NCBI GenBank assembly: GCA_039656555.1
Contig: JBDHLU010000004.1
Coordinates: forward strand, 1 to 53,681
DNA from: Gemmatimonadota bacterium
GTDB taxonomy: Bacteria; Gemmatimonadota; Gemmatimonadetes; Gemmatimonadales; GWC2-71-9
Length of the DNA stretch: 53,681 nucleotides
Direction of reading: 5' to 3'
Positions 49,070-53,681 of the stretch are shown in pieces. Position numbers and translations under genes: made by a program. The notes under the pieces are model-generated. The model was not told the DNA's origin. It was given only the letters and a program-made list of their open reading frames with translations, and searched no databases. Within the stretch, counting starts at the first letter, position 1; each line of letters opens with the position of its first letter.

Positions 49070-49111
49070 GGCTAACGCCCTAAATATATGTGAAATGGTG
49101 GGATGGTGGGG

Positions 49112-50143
49112 CTAGAAGATTTTCTCTCCGCCGGCCAAGATCTCGTTCAGGGCATCATTGAAGAACGAGTTGGAATCCGCCAGCTCCTCGCCAACCTGCT
49201 GGACGAATTCCTCCCAGCTTTTCTTGATCTCTTCCTCAAATGCCTCTTTGAGATTGCCCTGCTCGAGTGCCTGCTGACGTTTCTCGGGCTGGTAGACCAT
49301 CATGTCAGACACCAATGCCCGCGCTAAACGGCGGGCCTTGGCTTTGGGGTCCCGATTGAGGAACGGGTTGATTGCACGTGCTTTAGGTGGTGTCGGCTCA
49401 GGTGTTACTTGAGGTGCAAGCGGTGCCGATTCCGGTGGTGATACCATCTCCGGCTCGGGCAGCGCGACGGGCTCAGATGTAGCGGGCGGTTCGACCGCCG
49501 CCGGAACTGGCGTCGCCTGAACGGGCTCCGGTACGGGCGGTGCCGGCATGGCTGCGCCGAGGTTGGGTCGGAACACGGGAGCGGAGGGGCGCGGGGGTGC
49601 CTCGGGCGTCAATGGCTGTGCCGGGGTTTCCACTGCCGGTTCCACCGGTTCGGGTTCCGGCGCAGGTTCCGGTGTTGAGACCGGAGCTGCCGGAGCCTGG
49701 GCTGCCTCTGGTTCGGGCAACGACCACGATGGCGTGATGGGCCGCGATAGTCGGGGGGCCACCGGGCGCGGCGGCGTTTCCGGGGCAGTAGGGGCCGCGA
49801 CCGGAGGGGCTAGTGGAACGTGGACGGGTTCCGGTGCTTGGGGCTGTGGCGCGACGGGTTCCGGTGCTTGGGGCTGTGGCGCTACCGGTTCCGGTGCTTG
49901 GGGCTCCAGCACTACCGGTAGGGGTGTTGGCTCGGGGCGCCATTCCGGTTGGACAGGAGGCTCCACTCTCACCTGCGGAGCCGTGGTGCGCTCCTGCGCT
50001 GCGACAGTCACGGCGGGTGCAGTATCCGTGGCAATGCCGAATACATCAGAACACACTTTGCACCGTGCCCGGACCTGCCCGCCAGTCACTCGATTCGGGT
50101 CGATGCGGTATATCGTTTCACACGAAGGACAACTGACGTTCAT
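49112..50143 (-). CDS. Zinc-ribbon (MJ0042-type) protein with Pro-rich linker and RomX-like C-terminal domain
   Basis: CPSC..YRI...VRARCKVC N-terminus; ~220-aa Pro/Ala/Glu linker; KARRLARALVSDMMVY...FFNDALNEIL C-terminus. Confidence 0.75.
   Translation of the reverse strand: MNVSCPSCETIYRIDPNRVTGGQVRARCKVCSDVFGIATDTAPAVTVAAQERTTAPQVRVEPPVQPEWRPEPTPLPVVLEPQAPEPVAPQPQAPEPVAPQPQAPEPVHVPLAPPVAAPTAPETPPRPVAPRLSRPITPSWSLPEPEAAQAPAAPVSTPEPAPEPEPVEPAVETPAQPLTPEAPPRPSAPVFRPNLGAAMPAPPVPEPVQATPVPAAVEPPATSEPVALPEPEMVSPPESAPLAPQVTPEPTPPKARAINPFLNRDPKAKARRLARALVSDMMVYQPEKRQQALEQGNLKEAFEEEIKKSWEEFVQQVGEELADSNSFFNDALNEILAGGEKIF
49824..49905. repeat. 30-bp coding tandem repeat (about 2.7 copies; PQAPEPVAPQ)
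   Basis: ACGGGTTCCGGTGCTTGGGGCTGTGGCGC-like units at 49824, 49854 and 49884 (partial). Confidence 0.9.
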
Positions 50144-50163
50144 CGAGCCTGTTCCCCCTCCAT

Positions 50164-51108
50164 CTACTGCGCGTCACCCCTACGGTCGACTACGAATACT
50201 GATCCCGGGAGCGTCTTCGCATAGCTTTTCATTTCAGTGGCAAGTTCCGACACCTCGGCAGGGTGAGAAAACTTGCGCCGTTCGTTTGTTACGATTCCAA
50301 TAGACAGCGTCATGAGCGGCACCCGATGCAGGTGCCCACGCCGATCTTTTCCAAAAAAGTACCCCGCTCGCTGATCCTGTTCGTTGTATTGGTACGGAAT
50401 CAGCGTGTCGAACACTCCGAGCACCTCACCGCACACGTCCTGAATCATGGGTAGCGCCAGCACCATGATGAAGTCATCACCCCCGATGTGCCCAACGAAC
50501 CCGTCTTCTGGACAGATGCCCTTGACCACGTCCCGCAGAATGCGCGAGAGAATGAAAATTATACGATCGCCGTCGTAATAGCTGTAGCGATCGTTGAACT
50601 CCTTGAAATGATCCAGATCGACATAACATACGGCGAACATATCGCCGGTGTCGAGGCGTTCACGGATGTTTCGTTCGATCTCCGTCGTCCCCGGCAAGCG
50701 CGTCGACGGATGGACCGCGACGTTGCGCTCAGTGCGCGAGAGGAGTACTCCCAGGCGGCTCCGCTGCTCATCGGGCGCGATGATCGGAGTCAGCACTTCG
50801 TCAGCCCCAGCCTCAAACCATTCCAGTACCTCATCCGACGCGTGCCTGCCCGAAATGAAAACCACCGGAACGATGGCTGTGTAGGGGTCCCTTTTTAGCG
50901 TGCGGCAGAGCCCTGCCCCGTGGGCTCCCGCCCGGTCGGCATCGATAACGATGACGGATGGCGGCGTACGCAGGGCGATCGTGGCGACCTCGTCGTGGTC
51001 GGTGAGGGGCACCAACGAAAGCTGAACCTGCTCTGACCAGGTGGCAATGAGGTCAGGGGCAGCTTCTGCAGTCGGTGAATAGTAGATGACGGTGGGGCGA
51101 GTCCGCAC
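50164..51108 (-). CDS. Receiver-like domain + GGDEF-family diguanylate cyclase (GGDDF variant)
   Basis: PSVIVID...GADEVL receiver-like part; TRLPG, DLDHFKEFND, HIGGDDF, TLSIG. Confidence 0.88.
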   Translation of the reverse strand: MRTRPTVIYYSPTAEAAPDLIATWSEQVQLSLVPLTDHDEVATIALRTPPSVIVIDADRAGAHGAGLCRTLKRDPYTAIVPVVFISGRHASDEVLEWFEAGADEVLTPIIAPDEQRSRLGVLLSRTERNVAVHPSTRLPGTTEIERNIRERLDTGDMFAVCYVDLDHFKEFNDRYSYYDGDRIIFILSRILRDVVKGICPEDGFVGHIGGDDFIMVLALPMIQDVCGEVLGVFDTLIPYQYNEQDQRAGYFFGKDRRGHLHRVPLMTLSIGIVTNERRKFSHPAEVSELATEMKSYAKTLPGSVFVVDRRGDAQ

Positions 51109-51146
51109 CAGCCTCCCCTGTTAGCACTTGGAGCGAAAGTCCGGCA

Positions 51147-51175
51147 AACTTAGACGGGATGGGGGGGTAGGTCAA
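51147..51175 (-). promoter_or_regulatory. Putative sigma70 promoter of the GGDEF gene
   Basis: TTGACC-N17-TAAGTT, followed by the GGGGAGG Shine-Dalgarno before GTG 51108. Confidence 0.55.
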
Positions 51176-51209
51176 ATCAGCGGTGGGTGCCAATCTTGGC
51201 CGTTTCGGA

Positions 51210-52073
51210 TCAAAATCCCACTGCGACACTCACCACCCCCTGCATCCGCCCGTTCTCGCGCTTCCAAATGGCCGAGTTGAGATGAACGGTCCGACCGTTC
51301 CGCGACAATCGCACGGTCACGAAGGCATCGATCGCACTCAATAAATGATTAGCAAGAACGAGACCGAGGTATTGGGAAGCTTGGCGAAACGACTCGTCAC
51401 TGCGTTGGATCGACTGGCGGTACAGGTCCTGTTCCAGTCCGGCGTTTCGCCATGACCATCGGAAGTTCTCTCCGATCGCCCGGCGCCGGTAGAACTCCAA
51501 TGCCTGTTGGTACTCGAGTGAACCGGGGTCGGGCAGCGAATCGGGGTTAGTGAAAAAGGTCTCGCGCGCCAACCTCCAGATGCTTCCATTGAAGATCCGT
51601 TCGTCGGTTGGCGGTACCAGCGCGGCCCCTGGGTCGGTGTCGAACGGGCCGCTTTCGATGAACTTCTGCATCTGTTCGAAATACTCGAAAACGGTATCAC
51701 GGATGACGGGGTTGAACGGTTGCCTGGCGACCTGGAGTGCCAGGTCGCGATACCGGTCGGCTGCTTGCCGTCCGTCACCCTGCAGTGCGAAGAACCGCGT
51801 AATGAGTAGGGCCTCGATGGCCAGGTACAGCGCGCCCCGTTCCTGCCCCATCATGAGCTGGCCGCTACCCGGGATGATCGCTGACGCCAGCGGTGGCAGC
51901 CAACCTGGCCGTTCCGTTGCCACCACGGTGTCGGGCGGCGCGGTTACCAAAACGGGATTCGAGGCCGAGGTGAATCTCGGTGCCTGCAATTGGGCGACCG
52001 CCTGCCCAGGCATCAACGCGAGCGCGACGAGCGCGCTAGAGGGCAGCGCGAAGGCTGATATACGTCGGTTCAT
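51210..52073 (-). CDS. Exported/membrane hypothetical protein (DUF5683-like SAIIPGSGQ motif)
   Basis: Signal-like MNRRISAF...AVA, SAIIPGSGQL, NHLLSAIDAF. Confidence 0.6.
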   Translation of the reverse strand: MNRRISAFALPSSALVALALMPGQAVAQLQAPRFTSASNPVLVTAPPDTVVATERPGWLPPLASAIIPGSGQLMMGQERGALYLAIEALLITRFFALQGDGRQAADRYRDLALQVARQPFNPVIRDTVFEYFEQMQKFIESGPFDTDPGAALVPPTDERIFNGSIWRLARETFFTNPDSLPDPGSLEYQQALEFYRRRAIGENFRWSWRNAGLEQDLYRQSIQRSDESFRQASQYLGLVLANHLLSAIDAFVTVRLSRNGRTVHLNSAIWKRENGRMQGVVSVAVGF

Positions 52074-53013
52074 CAAAGCTCGATTGCGCGAAGAACACCC
52101 GTGCAAAATCCAAACTCAGCCGACCCACCCGAAACCCGACTCCGATGGATGGTCCGCCGGCTTCCGAATGGAGGAACGCGTACCCAGCGCGGAGCCGAAC
52201 GACGTCTTGATACCCTAGGTCGACCCCCATGCGCGCGTCCGGGTTGGTATAGGTCCCCCAGCGATTCCGGACATCGAACATCAACAACACGTCGAGTGCC
52301 TGCTCGACCCCGCGGGGTCTGGGAAGGTCGATTCGGTACGCGATTCCGGCCTGCACGCGGGTCGGCAGTGGGTCGGCCTGGTCGCGGTTGTTGATCTGGA
52401 GTTTGAACCCGAGGTGTTGAACGGCAAGTCCAAGCCGGAGACGCTCCTCCGCGCCGAAGGCATATTGGGCGCCAAAATCGACCGCGTGCGTCGTCCCGAC
52501 GAAGGTCGGAAAGAGTGTGCAGTTGCCCGAGCAATCTTGCCGGAACTGGATCAACTTGTAGTTGAGGCCGAACGTGAATCGCGTGACAATCTCGGTAGCG
52601 TATGACGCGAGCAGTTCGATGTTTTTGGGAGAGATACGGCCCACGGGCAGGCCCGGTCCTAGAACAACCTCCTGCGCACCGAAATCCACGAGATATGCCG
52701 CGACGCCGATGACACCGAAACGGGACGCACGCAGGTATCCGGACAGTACCGTGTTGTTCGATGCGAACGTATTGGCGTGATGGATCCCGATCTCGGAACT
52801 CCGCATAAGGGCCAGGCCGGCCGGGTTCCAAAAAGCTGACTCGCTACTGCCCCCAATGGCAACCGATGCCTGCCCTCCAGCAGCAGCACGGGCGCCTACG
52901 GGGATAAGAAGGAATGTGCCGCCTTCGTCGAGTCCACGGTCTTGCGCGGCACTGGGCCTCGCAAATGTAGACAGAGCGACGAGAACTACCAGGCTAGAAC
53001 GACTTGGCCTCAT
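52036..53013 (-). CDS. PorV/PorQ-family outer-membrane beta-barrel protein
   Basis: Signal peptide, [34 protein letters not shown]. Confidence 0.78.
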   Translation of the reverse strand: MRPSRSSLVVLVALSTFARPSAAQDRGLDEGGTFLLIPVGARAAAGGQASVAIGGSSESAFWNPAGLALMRSSEIGIHHANTFASNNTVLSGYLRASRFGVIGVAAYLVDFGAQEVVLGPGLPVGRISPKNIELLASYATEIVTRFTFGLNYKLIQFRQDCSGNCTLFPTFVGTTHAVDFGAQYAFGAEERLRLGLAVQHLGFKLQINNRDQADPLPTRVQAGIAYRIDLPRPRGVEQALDVLLMFDVRNRWGTYTNPDARMGVDLGYQDVVRLRAGYAFLHSEAGGPSIGVGFRVGRLSLDFARVFFAQSSFDEPTYISLRAAL

Positions 53014-53164
53014 CTATCAGCATGATGGGAATACCGTCGTCGACGGCGTAGATCAGTCGGCAAGCCTGGCACACGAGCTGTTCACCATCATCTGTCTTGT
53101 GCTCGAGTTCGCCCTTGCACTTGGGGCACACCAGAATCTCGAGCAGTTCTTTGGGTACGCTCAT
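52994..53164 (-). CDS. Trm112/YcaR-family small zinc-binding protein
   Basis: [14 protein letters not shown]...LVC..C...[14 protein letters not shown]. Confidence 0.92.
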   Translation of the reverse strand: MSVPKELLEILVCPKCKGELEHKTDDGEQLVCQACRLIYAVDDGIPIMLIDEAKSF

Positions 53165-53681
53165 CAAGTCCTCGGTTCGGGTACAGGAAGTCCGAGTCGC
53201 CTCAGATGTTGGGGCGATTTCCGCCATTTGGGAAGGACCTTGACCCGAAGGTCGAGGTACACGCGCTGGCCCACCAATGTTTCCGTGGCCTCCCGGGCCG
53301 CTTGGCCAATCGTCTTGATGGTCCGGCCCTTCCGACCAATCACCATTCCCTTCTGCGACTCCCGTTCGACAAAAATCGTGGCCCGAATATACACCGGATC
53401 TCGATCCTCTTGGTACTCATCGACCTCAACGGATACGGCGTACGGAAGTTCCTGCTCGAGTTCGTTGAACGCGGCGCCTCGAATGAACTCTCCGGCAAAG
53501 AAACGGACCGGTTGGGCGCTTGCGCTGTCAGGGTCGTGGCGGAACGGCCCAGGGCGGGCGCGGGCGCGACACCACTCGATGAGGGGCTCGAGCCCCTGGC
53601 CCGATACCGCCGAGACGGGAAGGTGGGAAGACGGGAAGGCGGGAAGTGTTTCGACTACGTCAGATTTGGTGAGCAGGGTGA
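53164..53681 (-). CDS. era: GTPase Era, C-terminal part (truncated by window edge)
   Basis: TKSD (G4-like), VSA (G5), [24 protein letters not shown] domain, VYLDLRVKV. Confidence 0.93.
   Translation of the reverse strand, partial: TLLTKSDVVETLPAFPSSHLPVSAVSGQGLEPLIEWCRARARPGPFRHDPDSASAQPVRFFAGEFIRGAAFNELEQELPYAVSVEVDEYQEDRDPVYIRATIFVERESQKGMVIGRKGRTIKTIGQAAREATETLVGQRVYLDLRVKVLPKWRKSPQHLRRLGLPVPEPRT

Noticed and set aside
50164-51108. Hypr-type 3',3'-cGAMP synthase
   Set aside because: The specificity position equivalent to PleD D344 is Asp (GDRII), not Ser/Thr.
51121-51147. CIRCE element
   Set aside because: Only one half-site-like TTAGCACTT is present; the second arm does not match GAGTGCTAA.

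Overview
This GC-rich bacterial chromosomal window is most likely from Gemmatimonadota (inferred from gene content: Hanks kinase, bshC, mcsA-mcsB-clpC inside a bam/lpx operon, PorV/PorQ-like protein). Genes converge on a clear XerCD dif site at 5251-5278, so the window probably spans the replication terminus. To the left is a + strand glycosylation cluster and dapF. To the right is ~48 kb of almost entirely - strand housekeeping genes (apt, acyP, dedA, pcm, surE, gpsA, plsY, der, larC, thrC, uvrC, murJ, bshC, rlmH, Glu dehydrogenase, lpxK-lpxB-lpxA-fabZ-lpxC-lpxD-skp-bamA-clpC-mcsB-mcsA-lolD-lolC/E-lysS-prfB with its +1 frameshift, era) plus tRNA-Arg(CCT) and tRNA-Gly(CCC). The best candidate for a new system is a small islet at the 3' end of tRNA-Arg (about 7618-9340). 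It holds a stand-alone SIR2-like gene with an internal 66-bp duplication, a divergent HTH gene with twin palindromic operators, and a phased array of ten 21-bp self-complementary repeats; a Ser/Thr kinase gene follows the SIR2 gene. Other notable signals are DnaA boxes beside dif and clustered inside acyP, two CTG starts coupled to upstream TGA stops, and a zinc-ribbon protein with a RomX-like C-terminus. All assignments come from reading motifs by eye; no database searches were run.
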